This document shows, piece by piece, positions 51,936 to 64,000 of a stretch of 64,000 nucleotides of DNA. Each line of letters opens with the position of its first letter. Position 1 is the first letter of the stretch. The translations under genes and the position numbers were made by a program. The notes under the pieces were generated by a model. That model saw nothing but the letters and a program-made list of their open reading frames with translations. It made no database searches and was not told the DNA's origin. This DNA is from Octopus vulgaris (taxonomy: Eukaryota). The DNA lies in assembly GCA_951406725.2 (NCBI GenBank), contig OX597819.1, positions 85,002,001-85,066,000 of the forward strand, read 5' to 3'.

Positions 51936-54900
51936 AAAGAGTTATAATATCAATCTTATTTCGTTGACATCTTAAGGAAATATTATTTGTATTAGTCCCC
52001 ATGAATATTGATTTCAAATGTTGACACAAGGCTAGCAAGTTCGCGGGTGGGTGCAAGTCGATCACATCGACCCTAGTGTCCTACAGGTACTTATTTTATC
52101 GGCCTCGAAACGATGAAAAGCAAAGTCAACGTCAGCGGAATTTGAACCCAGAACGTAAAGACGGACGAAATGTCGCAAAGTATTTTTAACAATTCTGGCA
52201 GCACATCGCCTTAGGCCTCGTGAATATTAATAAATAATTATTTTGCCCATTATGAGATTATTTTGTGGATATATTTCATTCATGAAAAAAATTTAGGTTT
52301 TCCATATAAAAAATCATAAATCGATATCACGGTAATTTGGTGTGGAGGTGGATATGTCTGTAGGTAAAATATAAGGTTTAATCTAAGATACGTTTTTTTT
52401 TACAGCATTACTATGCTGACATATAATTAGACCAAACAGAGCGTTTGCTTTAAATTTTAAAAATCTACGTTCATGGAGGTCCGTATAACTTCAAACTGTT
52501 GTTGTTGTTGATGCGTAGATCCAAAGCAGTATGAGTGAAAGGATCTGAGATTAAAGTAATTCCAGCCATGACTATCTTGTCTTCTTCTGTATCTAGAACT
52601 ACATTGACTAATATATTCTTCTATTTGGAAGAAATTTAGTTGCTTTTTCTGGCATGTCGAGCGACGGTGTAAACAAAATGAAACGGTTGGGCGTTGGTGT
52701 TTGGACGATGGCGATCTCGCACAGTGGAATGGACATTGAACAAGATTTGGAGTTGTTTTCTTTTCTTTGGTGACAGTACTTTCTGTTACTGGAGGTAAAC
52801 ACAAACACACACACACAAACCGTGCACGCATAGAAATACACACACACAGATAGAAACAGAGAGAGAAACATTACTATTTATTAATTGAAAAGCATTTCTG
52901 TGTTTCATCAATATTTCACTTACCATCATATAATAAAGTGACGCAGAAAGTTAAGCGAAGTTTTCTAGTTGAATAGTTGTGATTACAAGTTAATTATCGA
53001 CTAGAATAAAAACAAAATTTTCACTCAAAAGGCCTCAGGGACATTGCGTCCGATGTCAAATAAGTCAGCTTCAAATCAGCAACGCCGAGTAGGTGGGCGC
53101 CCGAACAGCTTCGCCAGAACATCTCACAAACCTGCATTAAAGCTATTTCGTTGAATGGAAAACTTTGAAATAATGTTTATCTATGCAGTCATATTGAGTT
53201 AAATATTTACACTCTTAAAATGAAAATCTTGTAGATTGCTTGATCAGCAGCTGATTTATTTTGCTTTATATTTTACTGAAGTAAAAATTACTACTTCATG
53301 AAAATTATCTCCTCAGTTAAACACTATTGTTAACAGTAGCATTACTATATGCGGAGCAACTGATCTTAATGGGGTGATATCCATAGCTTGTTTTGAGATT
53401 TTAAACACCCCAAGAGAGAAATTTAGTCTACAAATTGCTTGGATAATCTCAGTTGATAGAAAGTTTTCATTTTCCAACCCGGTATTGTATGTATTACTGC
53501 ATTAAGTATGTAAAAATATCCTGGTGAAATTTGCATTTAGCTTGCAGAATGCTACCCAGAAGAATATTCTCTTAACCATATTGTTGATTTAGGGAAATTT
53601 ACTTTGTTGTATTAGTTTTAGAATAATATTATTTCAATTTAACGATCGGAAAAGTGATATATAGCTAAAAGCTATAAAATCTTAGATAAATCGGTATAAT
53701 GTAAACAAACTTATTAAATAATTTAAAGACGCTAGAATGTTAGAACCAAATTGTTTCATTATCAGAGAGACAAATATATTTACGCATACACATACGCACA
53801 TACATTTCCAATATATCACGAATTTCGTCTAGTTTCATTCTTATTTGTCAGTTTCGTTTATTATCTTATATTTCTTATTTTCTTTTCTCTCTCAAGAATT
53901 TGAAACATCAGTTCATGTAATCATTAAATTGAAAATCGTTGCAAAACTTCAATGAAATATGTTTATGTTATCATAACTGTCAACGTTCAGTAAAACAAAA
54001 ACACGACGTTTAAGATGTATATTAATAAGTTAGTAAAAGATACAGATGCGCAGAGACAACGAGCCATCAAAAAAATAGACATCCTAACAATCTGCTTAAA
54101 TAATATATGTTACTTCCAACAGTTCATAAATACAGGCTGAATAATGTTCATGCAGAGAAAAGTAATATATTAAAAAAATATTGTATTCCATTTTTTAAAA
54201 ACTTCCTTTTCTTCTCTTTGATTAAGTTTTGTCATATTGATTTATAAAATTCCCAAGAATTATTCGTCTCTATCATTTGGGGGTGATTTAATACTTTTAT
54301 TTATATACGATTATATTAGTACGGTACAAGTAGTTTTATATACACTAGGCCTTCTTAAACTTTTCCAATCACATCCCTCTCTTTTCAAAAAGAAATTTGT
54401 TGTGATCCCCCTCCGTTTGGTCATTTGGGCTTTTCCTTGCTTGAGATACCTCGCATATTTTCATTAAAATCGGTCATTTTCAATGTTTCTACAAAAGACC
54501 AGACGTTTAAAAATCTGCTTTAGAAAACAGTTGACAAAATTCTTGTTTTTTTTGAGGACACGCCACTCCTGAATTAATTTCTTCTTCATTTAGGAATAGT
54601 CTTAAAGTAGGCACCAATTATTCTATGACTGGAACTAAATTGTTAATTTTTTTTTCATTCAGAAATGGGAGACTTAGAGTAAAAAAAATTATTCACGTAC
54701 ATTTAGTAAAAATATATACGTTGTTTGTTTTCTTTTTAACATAAAATAATTAAGTAATTTATTTTTATGTTAAGAATTCAGATAAATAAAAATCAGGAGT
54801 AGCTATTGAATAAAAAAAATCAAATTCAAAATCAACGTTGTTAATATCAATATACAAGTTTAAAGTTTAATGTTTTAAGTTTAAAAAGTACAAAAATATA

Positions 54901-57094
54901 AAAATCATTTCAAAAGTAACATTTCTTCCGAAAAAAAGAATCAAATTAAAAATTAGAGTTAATGTCACTTTCAAATTTTGGCACAAGACCAGCAATTTCG
55001 CAAGTTGGTCGATTACTTTACCTCCAGTGCTCAACTGGTACGTATTTTATGCAAACAAGAATTTCTAATTTCTCAATTATTTTGTAAAGGTAAAGTAAAC
55101 TGGCATTGCAAATACGGCTCATTATGTTTCCTCTGTTTGGCTCGGGATTATTTCGTATTCATAGGGTTGCTACTTGCAAATTCGGGATACTCCATGAAGT
55201 TTATGACACTTCAGTTAAATTATTTTAAACACAATAGTCTATAAAAGGGATTTTTTCCTGGACAGAAATTGCAGCTTTTGGCGTTTCAACTACACACATA
55301 CATTAACTACATTATATTCATAAAGCTTTTACTACAGAGCTGCTTCTATAGCATACTTCAAATTTTATTTTGCTTATGTTCTGTCATTGTATACCAATGT
55401 ATAGCTAATACGCTATTCCTAAATACTTTATACAAGGTCTTTTGTTTCTGAAGTGACATGAGTGCGTGACATTGAAAAGTCGCAACAACGGCGATTTACA
55501 TATATGTCACTCTCGTGGCCATTCCTGGGTCGATTTCGTTTCGCCTAGCTCTGAAGTATATTATTTTTGTAGCATAATTTCCAGATGGAAATCACAGTTT
55601 CTCGTGTTTCAACTACGTACTTGCTTTATATTGATAGAGTTTTTACTATAGAGCTGCTTCAATTACATAATTCAAATATTATCATCAACATTTTCTGTGG
55701 TTATATAATTTGCTGAGTGCAACCACTTATAAATGGGCAAGATATTTTGTCTTACACCTGAAAAAAAAAAAAAAAATGAAAGTTGCTGTGACCATTTTTG
55801 AGCTAATCACAATGATACGGTAAAGGAACTGATTTCGAGTCCTCAAAGTTCGAAGTTAACATTTTTAGTTTCGTAAGGTAGGCAAGAGAAATATTATGTT
55901 TTATCGATTTTTCGAAAACTGCACTTTTAAAAATACGCTTATTGCCACAGGTTATTTTTATAGCAAAAAGCAAAAAGCTCCATGTAGTTTGTATTGTGAC
56001 GTATGGTTTCGAAAAATCCTGTTCATTATTTCGCAGCTTATAATGGGAAAATATAATTTCACCTCGAGTTATTGTAGCTAAAAATCAATGAGATATTGTG
56101 CTATCAATCCATTTTTGTACAAAATAATTCATTTAGAATAATTTTATACAAAATTTGATACGAAAAAATTTGTTTTGATACGAATAATTTTTAATACTAA
56201 TTATTTATCAGTTTCTGAAAGATGCATATTTTTTATCCAATTTAAATAGTTCTAAAATTAAATTCTAAAACAACCAAGTTTCTTCACTCCTATCACGAAA
56301 AAAACACCCAAAAAACAAAACGATAATAAGCGTATAACGTTAACGTGTTTTCCTATCTCGTTTCACTAAATTTTACACAGTAGAAGTTCACGTCACGTTT
56401 TGCACTTTTTTATTGAAAGAAGTAACTGCAAGCGGCTTCATGTGCTATATTTATCAACAATTTCATCTGAGGGCATGATGCAAAAACCTGAAATTAATTT
56501 GCAAATTAAAATAACTTGCGATAAAAATCGAGTAGAATAAATTTAGATATTGTAGTAAAAATGGTACTTTCTGTTTTCTGAAATCATTTGGAGGCATGAT
56601 GTCGCTATGTCTGTTCCACTATCACGTGGAATAAAAATTAAAATAAGGAATGTTATGTCATTATATTGAGATAGCAAATATTTTCTGCATGGTTATTATT
56701 AAATTTTAAAACTGTGGATTTGTTTTTAGAGTTATAATCACAGTTTTGCATGAAAAATTACAACAGCCTGCAAATAATGATGCTAAAGGTAGAAAAAAAT
56801 TCTCTTCTGTACTCGCGACTTCGCTGAACTTTTATGCGACGAACCACAAGAGGGCCTGTTGTACACAAATGATTTCTTAACTTCTGTAGCAAATCTTTTC
56901 TAGGAATGAATTCTACATTCCCGAATACCTCTTCGAGATTCGTTGTTTGTAACCAGCAATACATACATTCAGTATTATAAAACTGCAAGCATGAATCATT
57001 TATGCAGGTTAGCAGACACGCCTTCCAACATTTATTTTGGCCAACCACTTCTCGCAGTGACTGAATGAGCTACACTAGTATGTGAATCCACCTC

Positions 57095-57352
57095 TGATAC
57101 GTGGCACTTGGTCAACAAGGGAGTTCGATGCCGCTGCCCGCATCTATGTCTCCTGCCGAGAGGTAGGTTCATCTGGGACCCCTGACAAGAAGAGATCCAC
57201 ACCATGCAAATCTCTCAGGCATTTAGGGAGGATGTTGAAGAGCTGTGGTCCTCTGAAACCCAAGCTGTTGCAGTATCTGGTCCTGTATTTTGATGGTGAT
57301 ATTGAAATATTTGGCACCATGCAGTGGTGCCTCGTTCTGCGGTTGAGGTAAC
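57095..57352 (-). mobile_element. LINE 3'-end fragment (CR1/L2-like ORF2 C-terminus)
   Basis: RTRHHCMVP...[38 protein letters not shown] resembles the NS...RGP.LFN.LP..LR....LD.FL...PD.P LINE tail. Confidence 0.6.
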
Positions 57353-57438
57353 TTTGAATGCCAATATATATATCTATATCAACATACACACATATATAAA
57401 TATAAAATATATACATATTTATGCACATATGTATGTAC

Positions 57439-57493
<55 letters not shown>

Positions 57494-57796
57494 CATACAT
57501 ACATGCATACGTATCTATTCCTGTGGTTGCTCGTAAGGCGTTCACAAACAGAATAAAGCATAGAAAATTTCACGAAGTAGTTTATGTAGGCGACTTGTTT
57601 GCAGAGTTAATCTTTTATTGATTCTTGTTGACCATGTTCACAAACAATTAAATGAATACATACATGCATACATATGTACGTACATATTTAATATAATCTG
57701 CATAATAACTCCATAACGGTCATTTCAAAGTTCCTGTTCGGCTATCAGCTACTATATGCCACCATACAGCTGAATTACTCATTTTACTGGATATAT

Positions 57797-58028
57797 ACGA
57801 GGAATGAACAGGCTTTAATCACAAATCACAACAATGTTAGTTGCTTATTTTTCCACATCATAATATTGCATAAAATATTATATAAATATATATGATCCAG
57901 CAACAGCTGTGTACCGACAGGCCATCAGGCGAGTGGCTTTAAAACAACTAAAACTCAGCAACTAACAGCTGTTACCAATGCACAGAAACGATTGTTGTGA
58001 TTTGTAATTAATGCCTGTTCATCTCATC

Positions 58029-58032
<4 letters not shown>
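57797..58032. mobile_element. Probable mariner-type MITE
   Basis: Inverted repeats atgaacaggctttaatcacaaatcacaacaat / attgttgtgatttgtaattaatgcctgttcat in TA context. Confidence 0.55.
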
Positions 58033-58093
<61 letters not shown>

Positions 58094-58347
58094 GTAAATA
58101 TATAGAAGTAAATATATGGCACAACGAAGTACCGATATTTACTGGAAAATATGTATAATTTTCCCTCACGGGCTATTCTTTACTGGAAAGCAATACTCTC
58201 GTATTGCATTACTATATATATATATTTATATATATATATATATATATATTGATAAAACGGTAAGATAACAAAAGAAAGAAAGAGACCTCAATATTATGTA
58301 AATAGAGGAAATTTATCTATACAATATGTTACATTACTCGGTAGTCA

Positions 58348-58410
58348 AGATAAAACTCTGAGTTTCAGATGCCGAAGTGGAAATCCACAACACCATCTCT
58401 TCGGTTATCT
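58348..58410 (-). ncRNA. Type I hammerhead ribozyme variant in the PLE 3' region (pLTR)
   Basis: Minus strand: agataa CCGAAGA gatg..gtgg-attt-ccac..catc t GAAA ctc-a-gag TT ttatct. Perfect 6-bp stem I, extended stem II, near-palindromic stem III and a GUU triplet. Position U4 is C. Lies ~185 nt downstream of the endonuclease stop, on the same strand. Confidence 0.75.
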
Positions 58411-58594
58411 GGCTATTTGAAAACGTTGTGAAAAAATACCGTTAAAAATGAAGGGAAATTACTCTGTTATAACTCTGCTTTGCCTGCGTACTTATACATC
58501 GCTCGCATTTTTCGTCATAAAAATTATATAAAAATACATAAAAATATATAAAAATATATAAAATCTTCTTGGGACATAACACAGAAAGCATGTT

Positions 58595-59279
58595 CTATCC
58601 GTTTTCTTTAGGGGACCAAAAACGTAACAGAAATTTAGTCACATGTGGGCATGATCCGAAAAGCTCTGTCCTTGTATTTAGACATGTGGTAGGGTCTAAG
58701 CTGCTTTTCCAGATAAGCCATCTCTCCATGTCGCATAAACCGCACCTTCCGCTGCCGTTAGTGTAGGGCTTACATCTGGCCAAAATCTTCCATTGTATGT
58801 TATAATCGACACCTTTATCTCTTAAAGACCAAATATGATTGGATAATTGTGTCGCTTTTCTTTTGTTCCAGTGCCTAAAGCTCAAAGTGTGGTTATTGAA
58901 CCTGGCCTTGAAATTACCCTCTGTCAGGCCCACGTATTTCTTCGTCGAAACGGTGTCTTTAGTGGTTATAGAGTTTACGGTAGCTTCATATATGATGGTC
59001 TTGGACATGCAAGCTCCATTTAGCGGGCACAATTCTTTATTCCTGCATGAACAGCTGTTTTCTTCTTGTGTTTTTTGTATGTTATGATTGATTATGTTTT
59101 TAAAATTGGTAGTTGAACTAAAACTAATTTTTAAATTGTGTCTATTGAAGAGTTTCCTATAAGCATGGTTAACTGGAAAATGTCTATCTATCAGTGCTAG
59201 GAAATATTTACCTATATTGAAGGCCACCTCGGGTGAGTAAGGGGGCGTAAACCAGATGACCTTCCTATTTCTATTTCTA
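58595..59279 (-). CDS. PLE GIY-YIG endonuclease (C-terminal domain of the RT-EN ORF, 5'-truncated; frame intact in the left arm)
   Basis: RNRKVIWFTPPYS...CSCRNKELCPLNGAC..IIYEATV...KKYVGLTEGNFKARFNNH...LSNHIW...CGLCDMER. Shows GIY/YIG-like motifs, the catalytic-type R and E, and the Cys-rich linker typical of Penelope-like elements. Confidence 0.88.
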
Positions 59280-59945
59280 AAGGTCATCTGGTTTACGCCC
59301 TTACTCACCCGAGGTGGCCTTCAATATAGGTAAATATTTCCTAGCACTGATAGATAGACATTTTCCAGTTAACCATGCTTATAGGAAACTCTTCAATAGA
59401 CACAATTTAAAAATTAGTTTTAGTTCAACTACCAATTTTAAAAACATAATCAATCATAACATACAAAAAACACAAGAAGAAACAGCTGTTCATGCAGGAA
59501 TAAAGAATTGTGCCCGCTAAATGGAGCTTGCATGTCCAAGACCATCATATATGAAGCTACCGTAAACTCTATAACCATTAAAGACAACGTTTCGACGAAG
59601 AAATACGTGGGCCTGACAGAGGGTAATTTCAAGGCCAGGTTCAATAACCACACTTTGAGCTTTAGGCACTGGAACAAAAGAAAAGCGACACAATTATCCA
59701 ATCATATTTGGTCTTTAAGAGATAAAGGTGTCGATTATAACATACAATGGAAGATTTTGGCCAGATGTAAGCCCTACACTAACGGCAGCGGAAGGTGCGG
59801 TTTATGCGACATGGAGAGATGGCTTATCTGGAAAAGCAGCTTAGACCCTACCACATGTCTAAATACAAGGACAGAGCTTTTCGGATCATGCCCACATGTG
59901 ACTAAATTTCTGTTACGTTTTTGGTCCCCTAAAGAAAACGGATAG
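59280..59945 (+). pseudogene. Inverted second copy of the PLE GIY-YIG region with two frameshifts
   Basis: Same sequence as the left arm, with a 2-bp deletion at about 59300 and a 1-bp deletion at about 59480 that split it into ORFs 59314-59520 and 59508-59945. Confidence 0.88.
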
Positions 59946-60190
59946 AACATGCTTTCTGTGTTATGTCCCAAGAAGATTTTATATATTTTTATATATTTTT
60001 ATGTATTTTTATATAATTTTTATGACGAAAAATGCGAGCGATGTATAAGTACGCAGGCAAAGCAGAGTTATAACAGAGTAGTTTCCCTTCATTTTTAACG
60101 GTATTTTTTCATAACGTTTTCAAATAGCCAGATAACCGAAGAGATGGTGTTGTGGATTTCCACTTCGGCATCTGAAACTCAGAGTAACAT

Positions 60191-60237
<47 letters not shown>

Positions 60238-63200
60238 ATTGCCAATACTGCATGCATACATTAAGTCAGGTGCTCTTGTTTCCCGTCCGTTCTTTTGATG
60301 GTCTTTCTTTCTTTCCCTCAACATCTCCTGTCAAGAAGGTCTTGGGCAGTGATTCGCGCATTGTATGTATGTATGTATGTTCAATTTGTGATAAGTAAAC
60401 AAGCAAAAGAATGAAGATATTACACTTATTAACCAATTTCGATCGTTTTGATAATTTTTATACTAAAAAATTATAAAAATCCAAACAACATTAAATAAAA
60501 TTTCTGTCGATTATCTCTTCAGATTGGTTATCATGGTAATATCGATGTACATAACTGAATTGGTGCACTTGGTTTAGGAGTATATCCACAAGAAAAAAGA
60601 AAGAAAAGATAGAAATTAATCAGCTAACGCATATATTACAAATACAACCTGTAAATGAAACAGTAAGAATATACAAGACATTTCTTAAGTTTAAAATGAG
60701 ACTGTTTTTGAGATCAACATTCGAAAGATGGAACTTTGTATCTTTGCTAGAAACCAGTTTCTCCTTCTTTATATGTTTACTTCAAATAATTAAAACAAGA
60801 AAGGAAGTCAGTAAGAAATATGTAAAAAAATATATATGAAAAATCATGGATTAAAAACGTAAACGACAGAATTTGCGATATATTGTGTGTACATATGTTA
60901 CCCATTCTGAGTATGTGTGTTTGTGTGTATGTGTGCTTCTCTGTGTGTGTACACGTGTGTGTCTGTGTGTGCATGATGCGTGTGTGTATGCAAATATATG
61001 TATAGCTATGACATTAAAACTATTTGATACTAACTTTCAGTTTTCTCAAATGTATTTAATAAACTTGTTTAGTTTCTGCTAATTTATCCGAAACATTTGA
61101 TAGCTTTGAGTCATATCATTTTTACGATCGTTAAAACAAAATGTTATTATGTTATTCCAAAACTTATATAACAAACTAAATTCCTGTCTGGAGTCACGCT
61201 AACGTTAACAATAGCATTTAATTGCAACCAAACTTATATTTTGTACGAAATAGCAGCTTGTGTTATAAAACAAAATAAAAACAGTGAAGTAAAAACAATG
61301 AATTAGCTGCTGCTGCTGCTGCTGCAAAAAAATTGCTGTGTTAACCGAGAGAGCCACAAGGCAATTTTCATTTTAAGAATATATTTAACTCAGTATAACA
61401 GTGCACGTAAAATATGACTTCATACGTTTAAACACTCATTTAACGTTTACTCATAACCTGCAGTTTTCAAATTAACAAAGTGATGGTGGTGGTGGTGGTG
61501 GTGGTGATGGCAGCTCTATGTGATCACTTGACCTATTAAAAGCAGCAGCCAAATTCCTTCAATCATGCCCTACAATCTCCAAAAGATAGAAAAAATTGAT
61601 CAATAGGTCTCCAGAAAATGATATAATGATATGGTCAGTTCATGGTTGAATTTCTTTTGATCATAGGTGTATTCAGCTAGGTCTTTTTTGGGGGTTATTC
61701 GAAAACATACGCAACCAAGCTATTCAGTCTAATTCTGTCCCTGGACATATGACAATATATTTATGCTATAAAATTTATATTTTATACTAAACTATACATT
61801 TGATGAAATATACACATCTAGTGACTAAATGATCACATAATCGGCTGCTTCTTATGCAGGAAACCAAATTTTCTCATAAATGAAATGTGTTCGCAAAAGT
61901 TTCTACAACCTAATTTTAGGCATGATATTTTTTAAAAAATCATGGTTATAAACTGTCGATATAAACGTCAAACCGAAGTATAATACTTTGCTATGTTGGA
62001 ACAACGCGCTAAGTAGCTGGAGGATTATTTGTGAGACAAGCGTGACATTTCTGGGGCTAATATTTGTTAATATTCATTGGGCTACATTTTGTTAAAACAT
62101 CTAACTAAACTTGAACATGTGCTGGGCCTCGTTGGACACATATTAAAGAGCTTATCCTGCAAGAGCTAAAAACGAAAAAAAGAAAAAAAACCTATGGTCT
62201 TAAAAAAAAACTCTTTACATCAAATTATATGTAATGATAGAATTCTGTCATAAATTTATCTTTTGTTGAGGCATGTGTTATGATACGTTGCATTTGAAAT
62301 ATGTATACCCAGTTTCCAGCGATCCAGTGCAGCATTTTCCCTACGCATTGAAATACTATTTTTAAAAATTGGCACTAAGTTAACCCTCTCAGACCTGGGC
62401 CTCTGTGTCTAACTTTATCTTCCACTTGGGCTCCTAAGCAAAAAAAAACAAAAACAAAAAACAAAAACAAAACAAAACAAAAAACAAAAAAACAAAAACA
62501 AAAACAAAAAACAAAATGTGGTTGCATATATAATACATACTAACGATTACAGGAAAATCGATGGACAGAATCACAAAAAATTCTGGAGAATAACAATAAT
62601 AGGCCTATCTCTCAACTACCGAATTTATTCACTCGAGTCGTTATTTTCCTTATCCCTTTCACCAGTTTGATTGTCCGAATCACTGTCATTGCCGGCGTAA
62701 GTGTAAACTCTTGGCCCGAAGAATAAATATCATTATTAATTCCCTCAGCTGCAAAGAGTTTAAGCCTTGGTCCGTTACAAGACGTAGCGCTGGGTTCATT
62801 ACGTACTTATTTCATCGCAAAATAGATTTTTTTTCCGATTATAAACAAAAGTAAATGACAGTTATGGAATACGGCTTGACTGATTTAAACATATACTTTG
62901 GGAATTGTCTGTTCGTATAGATGTATCCAGCAATGGTAGTTAATGTACAAATTTGAAAGAATGAAAGGCAGAGTCGAAACTGGGGTGGGATTTGAATTTT
63001 GAGCATATGGATGCAATCAAGTATTAAAAGGCCACAAAATATTCATAACTATTCAACGTATAAAACTTTCATGAACATACGTAAATTCTCAAGAAAGAAA
63101 ATAATTAGGTCATAAACTTTCTTCTGCTGCCGTCTTTTTCAACTCTCTGTACTTGGTTTTCTAGTGTCTTTCAAGTAAGTCATTATAAATAACGATTTCC

Positions 63201-64000
63201 GATATCAGTATCTGGAACAAGAGAGTGATAGCAGCCCGGATTTTCGTGAATAGAGGATAGTTTGTGTTTTGTGGTCTGCACTGTATTGATTCCCTGATGT
63301 TAAACACTTATACTTCAGTGTAAATATATATTCACCATCTCTTTAACAAAGATTGGCTTTGTGCCAAAGTAATAAGTCTTGCACCTGATCAACAGAAAGA
63401 ATTATCTTCAAAGGTAAATCCATTAAAATCGGTCAATCAACAATGGACTAAAAATTAGAATCTCAGTCTCCTGACATTAGTAGCATGCTTGTCTGTCTGG
63501 TAATCTAGGTATAGGTTGATTATCATCATCTGATCAGATTAGGAGTATTGGTTGACTGACCGACAAACTTTTTGTGGCAATTAATTTGTGTTTTTACTTC
63601 TTGAGTTCATATCCCACGGAAGTCGTTTTTTGATTTTCTACTGCCTTCGGGGAGTCTGCAAAAGAAGTACTATTAAAATATTAGAGCTTATTAAATCGAC
63701 TATAAAATATATGCCCTGGTGTTATTAGAGAACATAAAGGAGAGACGGCCAAAGTGAATATGAGTTCAGTTCAGATCTGCCGTTGATGTTATGTTGTTTG
63801 GAGGCAACATTGCTTCAGTTCAATTTTAGTAGGAATAGATAGAAGAGCATTGTAGTTTGGCCACAGACCGAACTCTCCTACTAGTTTCAACAGGATTTGA
63901 TCAGCAGCCTCTGTGTAGTAGATATTGTGCTGCAGAAGCAACAGTATCTTCCTGGTTAAATTCATCACAAAGAGAACACCACCAGTTGTTGAACGTTTCT

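Larger units (their letters stand above)
58318..60198. mobile_element. Penelope-like element, 5'-truncated, as a 1.9-kb tail-out inverted duplication between (TA)n tracts
   Basis: 58318-59263 is the reverse complement of 59280-60198 apart from a few substitutions, 1- and 2-bp deletions and one 24-bp deletion. The spacer is 16 nt. Confidence 0.95.

Noticed and set aside
5278-61082. Most short ORFs in the supplied track (YIYI, HTHT, SLSL, CVCV and SINE-derived peptides)
   Set aside because: They arise from microsatellites or multi-copy SINEs and show no recognisable protein features.

Overview
AT-rich, repeat-dense eukaryotic genomic DNA. The SINE and microsatellite make-up looks like a coleoid cephalopod such as Octopus (inference). 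The only confidently identified host gene is the 3' end of CPSF1 (CPSF160): three spliced exons on the + strand, 4130-9435. The rest is intergenic. It holds tRNA-derived SINEs, RTE, Tx1/L1-type and CR1-like LINE fragments, a decayed Ty3/Gypsy element, mariner relics, hAT-, Tc1- and Merlin-like MITEs, and a 1.9-kb fold-back palindrome of a Penelope-like element (PLE) GIY-YIG endonuclease plus 3' region. The main hidden signal is RNA-structural and was found by manual inspection. (1) At least seven type I hammerhead ribozyme motifs, from near-canonical to decayed, sit in small elements that are often next to (TA)n tracts; one lies inside a tRNA-headed SINE. (2) A covarying four-hairpin motif lies about 40 nt downstream of two otherwise dissimilar hammerheads. 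(3) Four 'tail-out' fold-back palindromes suggest a shared hairpin-primed integration route. No folding, alignment or database searches were run, and SINE/LINE boundaries are approximate.
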